Source: Schmidtea nova
Taxonomy: Eukaryota
Reading direction: 5' to 3'
DNA length: 64,000 nucleotides
NCBI GenBank assembly: GCA_044892505.1
Contig: CM097882.1
Span: forward strand, 460,040,001 to 460,104,000
Notes under the pieces: model-generated
What the model saw: the letters and a program-made list of their open reading frames with translations, nothing else
What the model was told of the DNA's origin: nothing
Databases searched by the model: none
Position numbers and translations under genes: made by a program
Shown here: positions 51,126 to 63,321 of the stretch, piece by piece
Position numbering within the stretch: the stretch's first letter is position 1
Layout: each line of letters opens with the position of its first letter

Positions 51126-54100
51126 ACTAATAAATTATTTATTAATTTTATTTTGTGAATATCTTTTGATGGTAACCCATTTTTAATTTTATATAACCAT
51201 ATTTGAATTCGACTCATCATTTGACATCCTCCCATACCAGTTCCCCCCGCTAAATATTTATTTTTATTTTTTCCAAATTTTTAATTAATTTTTTTACTTT
51301 AGTTATCATTTTTAGATTTTGTTTTTTTTTCATTGATTTGCACATAAATTTGTGTTTTTTTTATTTTAATTTAATGCCCGTTCAAGCAACCCCAACAATA
51401 AAAAAGATTACATAATATTCTCTTATATCCTAGATATAAATACTGATTTGTGATGTAATGAAATCGGATTTTATAGCTTAGTTTTATTTCTTATAACACT
51501 TACATATGAAGCATATGAGGTAAATGTTGACTGGTCATTCACGTTTTATTATTATGTATCCTACATTCTTGTTTACTTTTGGACCATGTACTAATAATTG
51601 TTACTTAAGTCATGGGATCATGTCTCGGTTTGGCAACATATTATTCATTTTTGATTCCTTTTTATTTAATTATAACTTTTTCAGACAATATTTTTAATTT
51701 CTAAATGATCATGATTGTTTCTGACAACTAAAATTACCATAGATAAAAGATAATAAACTTCTATACATACTACCTTACAGGCTTATTGAACGCCAATACA
51801 TCGGCGTGAAATAGCTCTGTCTCTCATGAGAAGAGAGTAATGTGAGCAGTGGAATGCCAGTGAATGACCTATTTGATCAACTGGGAAATTTCATGCTTAT
51901 CAGCTAAGAGCACATGGGATGCGAATGTCATGCCTTGAGAAGGTTTAAAATCATTAAAAAACCACCTAAGAGATTATCTTTTAAATATTGTCTGAGCTGA
52001 GTTCAAAACTTACATACGAATTAAATCTATTTAAGGGTGAGATGGGGAAAACGGAGTGCTTATCATTATTATTTAATGAAAGACAAGTCAAAGTTCGACT
52101 AATAGAAGTCATTTTGTATCTATATTAAATTTGATGAGATTTCTGAAGAGAAGCTGACCCAGTAATGATTCTTAATCACTTTTAATCAATATGTCTAACC
52201 CCTCCCACCATAAAAGACACGATTACAAGACAAACAATAAAAAAATATTCGGTGATGGAACTGTAATTCAGTTCGTAAAAGCATCCTTTCATAACTTAAT
52301 TTTCACCGTTAGTTCACGCAAAATCGTTTTCAATTCAAATACAGAAAAATTCAGATTTATTATTATTGGATGTTAATCAGTGAAACATTTGTTAAGCTTG
52401 TTCTATTCGACAAAAATAGATAAAATGGATATCAAGATTTCGCAAACACTAAATTCAAGAAAAATCTGGTTTAAAAATTTAATTTTCTAAAATACATTCG
52501 TTAAAAATCGAAAATTTATAATAAAGTTGCTACTTACTGAAAAGACAAAAAATTAATTTTATATTATGAATCATTATTTTACATTTATTAGTATACGAAT
52601 GGAATTATAATATATAAAATTTTTATCTCAATGTCCCTTATTTGTGGAAATAAATGAAAAAAAGTCAAATTTTCAAACTTTTATCTTACAAAATATCTGT
52701 AATTAATTTTTGAATTTAGCTTCTTGGAACGCATCTGGACTCGTCGCAGTAGCCACAGGTAGATTATGGCCGATAAAAGCTATAGCAAAAATCAATAAAT
52801 CTTGCCATAAAATCATCATAGGTAAACCAAATCATTAATTTATAAATTAAATTGTCATCTTTTACGCGAAAACCCCATACTATATAGATTTATTTTAATC
52901 AACCCCATTACGCTTATTATAATTAATATTTTTGCCCATCGGATAATTGAGGTTCACTACTCACTCCACCAATAATACTTAGTTAGAAGGCATAATTAAT
53001 AGAAATATAATATTTTATAAAATTAACTGCAATCCAGCAGATACTGGCATACTAGGATAAATACGATATTTTAACGAAAGTTTTATGCATTTTCTCGTAT
53101 TTTGTGTCGAAATGATAGATTCTTTTAAAGGATTAAAAGTCGCAGACATCTTAAATTTATTTTACTCAATCCCTATATAGAGATCCAACCGTTTTGTCTG
53201 ATAAATATAAAAAAATTTGAAAAATTAAATTAAACTGAAATTAAATTTAATTGTTCTCAAATTTGAGGAGTCTATTGAAAAAAGTATCATGTAATCCTAC
53301 TTAAATGTTTATATTGGTATAATTGAATGTATTGATGAGAACACTCTAGTCAGAAAGTAAAAGTAAGAGAGCTTTTATGGGTCACTTGAAAGCTAAGAGA
53401 GTATTTAGATTAGCCATTGTGGCAATGTATCTCACCTTTTCTTGAACTCTAAACTCTAGTGACGGATATTATTTGGAGGGAATAAGTCATTCTGTTTATT
53501 GTAGTATTAACAGCAAGGTAGGAATTTTCTAGATCAGTTTTTCAGTACTTCATTAGTTTTATCAATTTAAGAATTCAGAAACAGTCTAAAAGTTGATCTT
53601 AATTAAATTTTCTATTGCTTTCTGTTTTCAAAATTTTAGGTTATGAATTCATTTTTTGTAATTCAATATTGTTGGACAAAAACTAAATTCAATTAATTTG
53701 GAAGCGAACTAAGACATAGCATGTAGAGATCCCGCAAGAAGTATACTTAACTATCTGAGTGAACACCAAATAAACAAAAGTTATTAGAAACACATGGGAA
53801 AAATTTATTAAAACAAAAGTAAATTTTAAATTGAACAAGAGCAATAAATAACCACCAAAAAATACTAACAAAACAAATTTTAAAAAAGTCATTAAAGAAT
53901 TAGGTAAATATAAAAATTCAAAGAATTTTTTAATGATTTATTTTAATTTTGATAGCTTAAATATGAAAAATGTAAAAAAAAATTTAAAAAAAAATTAAAG
54001 TAGTTAAAATTTATGTGAAATATATAACTTTGATAAAAGTAAAATTTAAAAAAGTAATGAATAAAATTTTATGTAAACTAATATTTCTTTTTTAAATTAA

Positions 54101-55173
54101 ATTAAATGGAAAAAGCGACTAGAAGCTTTTGTTTTACTGCATTATTTTAATTAAATGTTGTGAAAATGGTATAAATAGAGGTGCCATTTTCATTAATTTT
54201 AAATCTCCTTTGAGAATTGGAGAAATTTTCAAAAAGAATCAAGGTTCTTTCTGAAAATTTTGAAGATATTGTTAACAAAAGATCAACACCTTTCGTCAAT
54301 TGAGAAGAAAAAAATATTCAGAGGCTCATTGCTGGTCAAATCTTTGTAGAGACGTTATTCTATGTCACGTCTCATTTTTATTTTTGTATAATTTTCTGTG
54401 ATCTTCGATTAAAAAATAAAAATCTAGATATATAATTATTAAAATCTTTATCGCTTTATTCTGTTCTAGAGCGTGATTTCGATACTCACGTTTTATTACT
54501 ATTGTTATTTCACGATACTCACTTGATGTATTAATTTATTTATCTGATTTCCACGACCTTCTTGTACGATTTTTATCTATTCGAATGATGGAGACGCTAC
54601 TTAAAATCTATATCTAATCAACTGTTCCCGGTAAAATATTTTATTTTCTATCGGGCTGAAAATCGAATTTTGAATAAACAATGGAAAGCTAAAGCGTTTT
54701 TGTGAAAGACAGGGGCTGAAAATCAAAATGAGCACAAATTTTCTATCAATAGCTTTTGAACTCATAGAAATTACTCGATCAATTTTAATTCTGGTAACAG
54801 CGCTCACTTTTTGCGAGTATTTCGCCCAATAGTTACATTACGAACGTTGTTTGCGATGGGTAACTACTGGTTAAACAATGGTTATATTGTTACCATAGAA
54901 TTAAATCCTGCTGTGGTACCAACAATATGTTTACTACGTAACTTACTCATATAATATGTACCAATATTTATTTCCCACAATATTAAAATTTCCCCTCCTT
55001 TATAAACAAATAAACTTACTCAAATAAACGAACAAAAAGGCCATAAAATAAAAAAAATAGAAAAACCTTGATAATTATTAATAGTTATTATTAATTATTT
55101 AATAATAATTCATGCGGCTACCAAGAAATTACAATTTTAGAATTTATTATTATTTAAGAATTGACCAGCTGTA

Positions 55174-55252
55174 GAAATTAATGCTTGGAAATTAATGCTT
55201 GGAAATTAATGTTTGGAAATTAATGCTTGGAAATTAATGCTTGGAAATTAAT
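55174..55252. repeat. 14-bp tandem repeat (GAAATTAATGCTTG)x5.5
   Basis: Five full units (one with a C>T change) plus a partial unit. Confidence 0.95.
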
Positions 55253-55361
55253 TTGAAAATTTTTTATTCTTAAATAAGATGATTATTATTGAATAATCTG
55301 CTTGAATATTTCTTATTTTCCATTAGTCAGAAGAAGACTGATTTTCAATCGAAATATATTA

Positions 55362-55446
55362 CCGTCTTTTTCCGAAAACAAGACACTGTCTTATTTTCTT
55401 TTTTAGTCCAAAAATACGCGCTAGGTCTTATTTTCGGGGGAAAGAC
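55362..55446. mobile_element. Small Tc1/pogo-type MITE or pogo terminal structure
   Basis: TA-CCGTCTTTTTCCGAAAACAAGAC ... GTCTTATTTTCGGGGGAAAGAC inverted repeats. Confidence 0.6.
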
Positions 55447-55762
55447 AAAATATAAGTATATTTACAATTTTTTATTTTATATCATTTTACATTAAACAAA
55501 GAAATACAAATTTATTTAAATACAGTCATGTCATCTTCTGGAACATCGTCAAAAATAAAATTCTGAATTATATTCTGATTTTCTTCCAAATCTAATTTCT
55601 GTTGAATCATAGGTCCAAATCTCTCATGTCTTGAAATATAGCTATCGTTGAATGAATACTTCTTGTCTAAGTAACCTGTTCGTATTGCATTTGAAACTTC
55701 ACTATCAGTTATTTTGTTCCATGAATTTTTTACCCAATTCACAATTTCTTGTAAACCTGGTG

Positions 55763-56416
55763 TAGTGGTCTAGAAAGCCGATATCGAAGATTCTCTCAAA
55801 GTATTAAAGGAACATTGTCTGCCTCAAACTTTCACTTTATTCAGTGATATTAGATTTTCAACAAGTCATTTTAATGACGAGTTAACTCCAAAAACAATCT
55901 TAGCTTAAAATAATATAAAATTTTAAACTGTTATTAATATCCTGGTACATAAACATTTTGTTTAACTATATTATATAAATATTTTGAGTTCAAATATATA
56001 ATTTTTGAGAATTGTTCCTGAATTTGTGCTTTTATGTTTCCTAAACATATTTTCATTTTGATGTTATTTTTGCACTATTTTTCGTAATATTTTTCGTACT
56101 AATTGATGACCTAAAAATGATATTAAAATATCGTGGAATTAAATACAAAAGTTTAATTAAAGAAAAGGAATTTTTGGACCTTATTAAAGAAATAGGGAAA
56201 TGTAATTTGACTAAAGACGGCAAGGACAGCGCTTGGATATTGATGACAAAATTGCCTAAGTCATCTATTTCGTATTCAGAAGAAAAAAATGGAAAATTGG
56301 AGAATGCTTGGTGTCATATCCAATCGATTTATGGACAATATGGGATTAACATGGCTGTACTAGATTGTGGACGCCTTTATAGTTTATGCAACATGCTTTG
56401 GCCGAGAAGCCCACTA
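55763..56416. mobile_element. Non-autonomous hAT-like insertion in pogo
   Basis: Termini TAGTGG...CCACTA, with AACCTGGT duplicated at 55754-55761 and 56417-56424 (one extra G at 55762). Confidence 0.7.
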
Positions 56417-56613
56417 AACCTGGTTTTACAAAATTACCTCGATTATTTCTCACTATTCTTTTTTCAATATATTCATTGATTTTTTCCCGCAAAGAATCCT
56501 TGAATGGCTTGTTTATTGCAATGTTAAGTATCTGGAAATAACCAGTCATTCCTGCCGGGATCATTATTTGATCAATCTTCCTCTCTGCAAGAAAGTTTTT
56601 CATGTCTTTAGCA

Positions 56614-56776
56614 CAGCGGTCGGGAACCTTTTTTAAGTAAAGAGTCAAATCAACAAAAATTTTCAAAAAAATGAAATTTAAGAGCCGCAGTCACAGACAT
56701 ATTCGAGCTATATTGAAGCTATATATTGAAGCTAAGAGCCGCATGCGGCTCCAGAGCCGCCGTTTCCCGACCGATG
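56614..56776. mobile_element. Charlie-type hAT MITE inserted in pogo
   Basis: TIR CAGCGGTCGGGAA / TTCCCGACCGATG (12/13), TSD CTTTAGCA / CTTTAGCT (7/8) and AGAGCCGC subterminal repeats. Confidence 0.88.
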
Positions 56777-57689
56777 CTTTAGCTCGATGAGTACTGGCTG
56801 AATCTCAAAATAATAACCCTCTATTCTGGCCTCTTAACAGTGGTGGCAGCACAAAATCAACCCATTTTCTAATGACTGCTTGGGTGCACCAGGCTTTTTC
56901 ACTTTCAATTATATAAATTCCAGAAACTCGTTGAATTTGGTCTTTTTTGCCTTTAGTGATTAAAAATGGCGATACTTTCTTGCCATCTAAACGAATCGCC
57001 AAAATACAGGTAACACGTGCACTATCGTAACCAGTAGAAGGAACATAAATTGACGAAGAAGCCTTGTGGTGGATAGTAGTTTGAGCTCCTTGGCCTAGGA
57101 ATACAGCAGTTTCATCCATAGCAATCATGTTGGAAAGTTGGTATTTCGAAAAATCGATTCCATCAACAAAAAGCTTAAACGAAAGTGCACGATTAACAAC
57201 TTCATTGTCTTCTAGCTTATACAATGTAGTCGATCTCCTTAGAGACAGCTCATATAGATCAAGAAAGTTGTTCAACCAGTGTGATGACGCCTTAAAGTTT
57301 TCTGTGGATATATCGAATTCGACAGCTGTTTTAAGCGCAAATTTTTGAATGTCAGCTCTACGTACAACCAAAGCCATGGCTCTCCTGGCTGCGATCCATT
57401 CCCAGATGCAATCTTCCAACTCAGAAAATAACGGCTGGTGACCAGATCCAACTCTGCGTTTTTTCTCATTTTCTTGGTCCACCAGTTGACACAAGTAATT
57501 GTAGTCTGCACGCCATTTACGAACCATACGAAGATCCAGTATCTTCCCTTTACAGAATGCTACAAGATTTTTACCTTGTGAGTCTTCCACAATTTCTTTT
57601 TTGTACTCGATAGAATAGCCTTTTCGTTTTGTACTCATTTTAATTGGGATTAAAAATTATTTGCTAAAGTAAATAAAATCGATATGAGG

Positions 57690-58380
57690 AATTAATCAGA
57701 ATTGCAGAGCCAAAATTAATAAAAATAGTATGCCTCATTTTGTATGTTATATGTGTGTGTAATGTCTGGTAATTCTTTAATATTTTGAATACCTTCTTTA
57801 TAAATTTCTTTTTCAAGGTGAAATCAATTTTTTCAATTAGATTCTTGTCGAGACTTAGAGCTGGCCATGTAATCACTTCTATTAAATTACTTTTAAACAA
57901 TTCTTTGGTATTTTTAGCATTATTCATAAGAACTGAATGGATATTAACATTCTTAGTAGATGTAAGATTATCATTAATAATTTAAAAATCATCAACAGAT
58001 CCAGGCCATAACGAACTTATCATATTTCATAGTCTATTTCATATTTTTTGATAAGTGGCATCTTCCAAGTCCAACACATTCCATCACTAACGTGCAAGTA
58101 TATTTTTGTTTAATTTGACCATATTACCGTTTTCGTCTAATTTAGATATTTTTTGGAAAAATGTAATCTTGTTTTATTGTCTTTTTTGAACAAGTGGTTT
58201 TTTAACCAATGATCTGTCAAATACAGTGATCATTTAATCTTTTTTGAACTGTTCTTGGTGAAATATCTGCTAGATTCATCTTTGTTAACTGTTTTAAAAT
58301 ATTTTTGGCACTTAGAGAATTTGGTGTCAATTCTTTAGTTGTCAAACGAGTCTTAACTGGTTAATGCTTGTAGGATAATT
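57690..58380 (-). pseudogene. Highly degraded Tc1 transposase remnant
   Basis: ITWPALSLDKNLIE (cf. WPAQSPDLNPIE), with upstream VMAWIC. Confidence 0.6.
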
Positions 58381-59506
58381 GGAAACCCTAGTTTGAACAT
58401 TAATAATAATATATTATTTATTGTTTTAAATATACAAATAAAGAAAAAATATAATCAAGAAATTAAAATATTCAAGTAACTATTAATAATCCTTTAAAAA
58501 AATAGAATTTTGGTCATAAAATAATTTTTAAATTAAGAGTATGGTTAAAACATGGGAGTGTATCAAGAAAATATCTAAAAATAAGTGTATAGATGAAAAA
58601 AATATTACATTTTTAATTGAAATAAAACGGACTTTTTTCATTCTAAATATTTTATTCTGTTAAATATAGATACACTCTATAAATAATTTTTTTAATTTTA
58701 TTAAATGTATTTATTTAAACTTTCAATATCCTTGTATAATCTCTGATGATACATCTAAAATAAACTGAATGAAAAAATAAGATGAATGATGCACATTCGC
58801 TTAGTCACCAATTCCCATGTTCTTTGAATTTTTGGATATATCGCAAGCACTTCGGATGAATTGCACACTGATTTATTTGTGCAAAATTATCGATCAAAGT
58901 GGATTTTCCATAAATTTATTCATTTTACTAATTTCCTTTTTCAAAATACATATTAGAACATTAGTTAATAGTGCATATTTTTTAAATTTTAACTTCCATT
59001 TTAACTAGTTAAAGAGTAGAATTTAAATATTCAAGATTTTTTTTATATTTATTAAGAAAATCAACTATCTAATGGCAGTTGGAACTATTCATAAATAAAA
59101 GAACATTTATTTCTAAAACACATTTTTTGAATTTATTTTGACAGCTCAACTGTCATAATCAGACACTAGTAAAATTCAATAAAAGTGCTTTTCTTTTATT
59201 TGCAGCTTCAAAACACTGACTAAATCATTTTTCAAAAAAACACAAAACACTTGTAAAAGACAGTGACAAGAATTTATGTTCAATAGAAAACTTGGATCTA
59301 TTTTCTAAGTAAATCAAGATATATGAAATTGAAAAACAATCCAAGGTGATGAAAATTAAAGATTTTTAGACAGGCTAAATTGTTTTTTGAATAGAAATGA
59401 TATTATCATTAGAAGATAATCTACAATGTATAAAATATTGGATAACAATATTTATTCTAGAACTCTGAATTATAAAAATTTCGTTGAATTGACAAGCAAA
59501 ATCTGA

Positions 59507-59857
59507 AAATTCAGGTTCGAGCGCGTTCCTTGGTTTATCGAGATCCAGGATGAAAATGGAATGCCCCGGTGGTTAATCCATTTCCGGAAGGTTGATTTAA
59601 AAAAGATAGGCGAATTTGGCTACATCCTATTAGCCCCACCTCGCAACATCGTTACGGGAGAGGAGATCAGTTATCCAAATTTAGCACATAGATTTCTAGG
59701 AGAATGGGGATCGAGATCCTCTTGGGTCACCACTATCAGATGGCATGAGATATTTCTAAATCAGCAACGTTTATGTTGGCAGCCAAACTCGATATTCTAT
59801 CAAGCGGATGGCATACGCCGGGAGGAGAGCCATTATACCCAAGATTGGGTTGATTAG
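59507..59857 (+). CDS. ORF1 of unclassified element B (open frame, 5' end missing, unknown protein)
   Basis: PWFIEIQDENGMPRWLIHF...GEEISYPNL...RSSW...EIFL...LCWQPNS...TQD aligns without gaps to copy A. Confidence 0.7.
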   Translation, partial: KFRFERVPWFIEIQDENGMPRWLIHFRKVDLKKIGEFGYILLAPPRNIVTGEEISYPNLAHRFLGEWGSRSSWVTTIRWHEIFLNQQRLCWQPNSIFYQADGIRREESHYTQDWVD

Positions 59858-60122
59858 TGAAATACGTATGTGAACTAGCTACGTTATCCATGTGATTTCT
59901 GTGGTTGTGGGCTGTGTAATAAAATAAATTATTCTTCGTGAGTTTTGTTTGTCGATGTCTGTCTGGATGAGTACTTGATATTTGAATGTATGAAAGAGTG
60001 CAGACCAAAAGGGTTCATAAAGGGGAAATTCCACTCACAACAGAGCAGCCAAGTAGCAGCAATGATGCAATAATTAATTAAACGTCATAATTGATAACTT
60101 CTTAGTAAAATATAAATTATAA

Positions 60123-60694
60123 ATGGAAAAACTAAATCAATATGTGAACACCGATGACAAGAAGCAGTTACATCGACGCATTCATCTGCTGGAAGGAAAG
60201 ATAAACGTCAATCGTTGGAAATTGATGACTTGAAAACTACTTGGTTCAGTTCAGCAAAAATGAAGGAGATATGCAAAAGTCGTGATAGAGCGGCGCGAGC
60301 ACTAGAAGAGCAGGCTAAAGAGACGGCGGCCGTGAAGCTTGAATTGAATCGTTGTTTACGTGTATTAACAAACGAATTCTTCGAACAACACCTAAAACAA
60401 CAAATACGAGAGAATACCTTTAATCGATGGGTCCTGTCGAGTAATGTGAATACAGAGACACAGATGGAGGACGTTGTATTTCCACCCCGGGCGAAGAATG
60501 TTCAAACTCCACAGACAACAAATGCGGTGCCAATAGAATCTAGATCTAAAAAACGAAATAGACTAGGGTTCAAAAGACGACGCGAAAGGAGAGTTTATAC
60601 AGAACAACTGAGTATAGAGGTAGATCTGCTGAGTGGGTTGACTGAGCGTCAGCTTATAAATGTGATTAATACAAATGTATTCCTTGAAAAATAA
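60123..60694 (+). pseudogene. ORF2 of unclassified element B (~190 aa; one 1-nt deletion near 60205)
   Basis: ATG at 60123 gives MEKLNQYVNTDDKKQLHRRIHLLEGKI, which shifts into track ORF 60215-60694. Coiled-coil-like N-half and basic C-terminal motif conserved with copy A. Confidence 0.78.
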
Positions 60695-60702
60695 ATGTAT
60701 AA

Positions 60703-63321
60703 CACTGGTCTGAGTCATTTCTGAGGTCTGATGTTTCTCAGCTGTTTCCTACTCAATTTTGCAAACTGAATTTGAATATTATAATCGTTTTACTTGATTG
60801 GCTCTAGAAATCAATCTATACACATATTTACATACAAAGGCTAATACATATTATACAAACATGACTTATATTCAATTTACGATAAAAAATGACACGAGCA
60901 TATGACACAAGAGTATCAAGCAAATCCAATTGTAATAGTATTTGATGCTTTACATAATACCATAAATCCTCAAGAGACGAAATAACAATAGTCTTTCATA
61001 AAATGCATAGAAATTTGCAATATTAATTTTGACAAGAGATTATGACTTACATTTTTTTAAAGTTACTTACAACCCTCTTAAAGCAATATGTTTAATCTCA
61101 GATTGAGATAATTAATAATTGTTCGTTATGAATAAATTTTTTATAATCATCTTTGTTTAAAATCGTTATTTGCATATCGTCACTTTCAAATAGCATTGTT
61201 TCAACATAAGTATAACACATCACGGTGATAACAACTTTTGCTTGATTTGATAGTTAAGGTACGTTATTATTTATTTTATTTTTTGCATTTTGCTAGAATT
61301 ATTTTTTTCAATTAATATTTTTAGAATGCACCGAGCGTATAAAAATCACCTTGATCGATTCTGTTATATTTGCGGTCAAGTAATTTTACCAGGTCGTAAG
61401 TCAAATATCACAGATTTTGTGAAACAAAGTTATTACGCTTATTTTGGATTAAAGCTTGGAGATCAGGAGAAATCATTTGCCCCTCATGTTTGTGGTAAAA
61501 CATGTGTAGAAGGTCTTCGTCGCTGGAGGAACAAAAAACAGAATTCCTTACCTTTTGAAGTCCCTATGGTATGGAGAGAAGGCAAAGACCACTGTACTGA
61601 CTGTTATTTTTGTATGACAAATTTATAAGATAAAATACCATGAGCATGTTTAGTGAGATATAAATTGTAAATGAATCTGTTCGATTTTAGGTGTGACCAA
61701 GAAAAAGAAACCTCGTGTGATTTATGCCGACGTACCTTCTGCAATTAAACCTCTCCCTCATGGTCCGAAAATTCCTATTCTGAAGCCACCTGATTTTACC
61801 TTTTCATCATCGTCCTCAAGTACAGATGACTCTGACACCGTCGCATCTACAACATCGTTTATGAATGAAAATCAGCCCATGCCTTTGACTCAAGCTGAGT
61901 TGAATGACTTGACAAGGGATTTGTGTTTGTCTAAAGAGTTTTCTCAGTTGTTAGGTTTTCGCCTACGTGAGAAACATTTATTGGCTCCGGAAACAACTTT
62001 TTATTGGTATCGTGAGCGAGAAAAAGAATTTCGACAGTATTTTACAAAGAATGTCGAAGTCTCGCTGGTATATTGTAACAATATCAATGACCTAATTGCA
62101 GCTTTGGGGGTTGATTATGATCCTGAGCAGTGGAGACTTTTCATAGATTCCTCCTGTTGCAGTCTCAAAGCAGTTCTACTTCACAATGGCAATCGAGTAG
62201 CGTCTGTTCCTGTTGGGCATTCGGTACAGATGTCGGAAAATTACAACAATATGGAGGTTCTTCTTCGTTCATTGAATTATTCGCAACACAATTGGTTGAT
62301 TTGTGGAGACCTTAAGGTAAGTAGCACGCTTCAATTACTTACAGAAATTCTATAACTTTTGTACTCAATTGAATTTCAGGTTGTGGCGTTGGTTTTGGGT
62401 CTACAAGGTGGTTATACCAAATATCCATGTTTTTTATGCATGTGGGACAGTCGGGCAGACGAACAGCACTACATCAAATGCGACTGGCTAGAAAGACAGG
62501 CATTACAACCTGGATCCTACAACGTACTTTCGCAACCTCTGCTAAATCCTCAAAAAATCTTCCTACTACCTCTCCACATCAAGCTTGGCATTATGCGGCT
62601 TTTTATCAAAGCGCTTAGGGAAGATAGTTGAGCAATCACTTTCCTGAAACGCAAATTTCCAACTATCAGGGAATCTAAGCTTAGCAACGGAATATTTGAT
62701 GGCCCGCAGATTAGAGAACTTATGAAGGACAACAATTTCGATTCGTCACTCAATCGCAAAGAGAAGACAGCGTGGCAAGCCTTCAAGACAATAGTTAACA
62801 ATTTCTTAGGTAATCATCGGAGTCCCCAGTATCAACACGAGTTTAAGAATCTTCTTCAGAGCTTCAAACTACTTGGTGCGTGAATGTCATTGAAATTGCA
62901 CTTCCTCAGTTCTCATTTGGACTACTTTCCAGATAACTGTGGCGATTATAGTGAAGAACAAGGGGAACATTTTCACCAAGATATACGAGTGATGGAGGAA
63001 CGATATCAAGGTAGATGGGATATAAATATGGTCGCTGACTATTGCTGGTGTTTGAAAAGAGATACTCCGGTTGTGACACATGCGCGAAAGGCCCTAAAAC
63101 AATCATTTCTGTCTGAATGAATCTCTTTGGTAACATTGTTTTTCCATTTTGTATTTATTCAGTGACCACATATGTTAAAAATAAAATATTAGTCTGTAGA
63201 ACAAAAACTAGAGCCAAACAAGTAAAATGAGTGGCAATTTCGAAATCAGCATACCAAAATTATACTAACAAAGCTTCAAAACCCTTGACCTCAAAAAATA
63301 ATTTTTAAACGCAGACCAGTG
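60703..63321 (+). mobile_element. Full-length CMC-superfamily transposon, most like Chapaev3
   Basis: TIR CACTGGTCTG / CAGACCAGTG and 3-bp TSD TAA (60700-60702, 63322-63324). CAC...GTG termini with a TWA duplication are as described for Chapaev3. The subfamily assignment is from recall. Confidence 0.85.
61326..63120 (+). pseudogene. Chapaev-type transposase with introns, inactivated
   Basis: FCYICG...KLGDQEKSFAPHVC...PMVWREGKDHCTDCYFC zinc-binding N-terminus, RLFIDSS, WLICGDLKV, LPLHIKLG and EEQGEHFHQDI...YQGRW. Introns ~61628-61690 (donor mutated) and 62318-62380. In-frame TGA at 62629 and 62881. Confidence 0.88.

Larger units (their letters stand above)
55512..57638 (-). pseudogene. pogo-family (POGK-like) DDD transposase split by two nested insertions
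   Basis: MSTKRKGYSIEYK, FKASSHWLNNF, IAMDETAV, LF*DSASTHRAK and IPAGMTGYFQILNIAINKPFK. Removing both inserts restores THRAKDMKNF and FVKPGLQEIVNWVKNSW. Confidence 0.92.

Noticed and set aside
59561-60400. LINE inter-domain motifs (PRW..F.KVD; TWF...K.RDRA.R) suggesting a non-LTR RT remnant
   Set aside because: The resemblance is superficial. Copy A does not conserve those residues, no endonuclease or RT motifs follow, and the conserved positions lie elsewhere.
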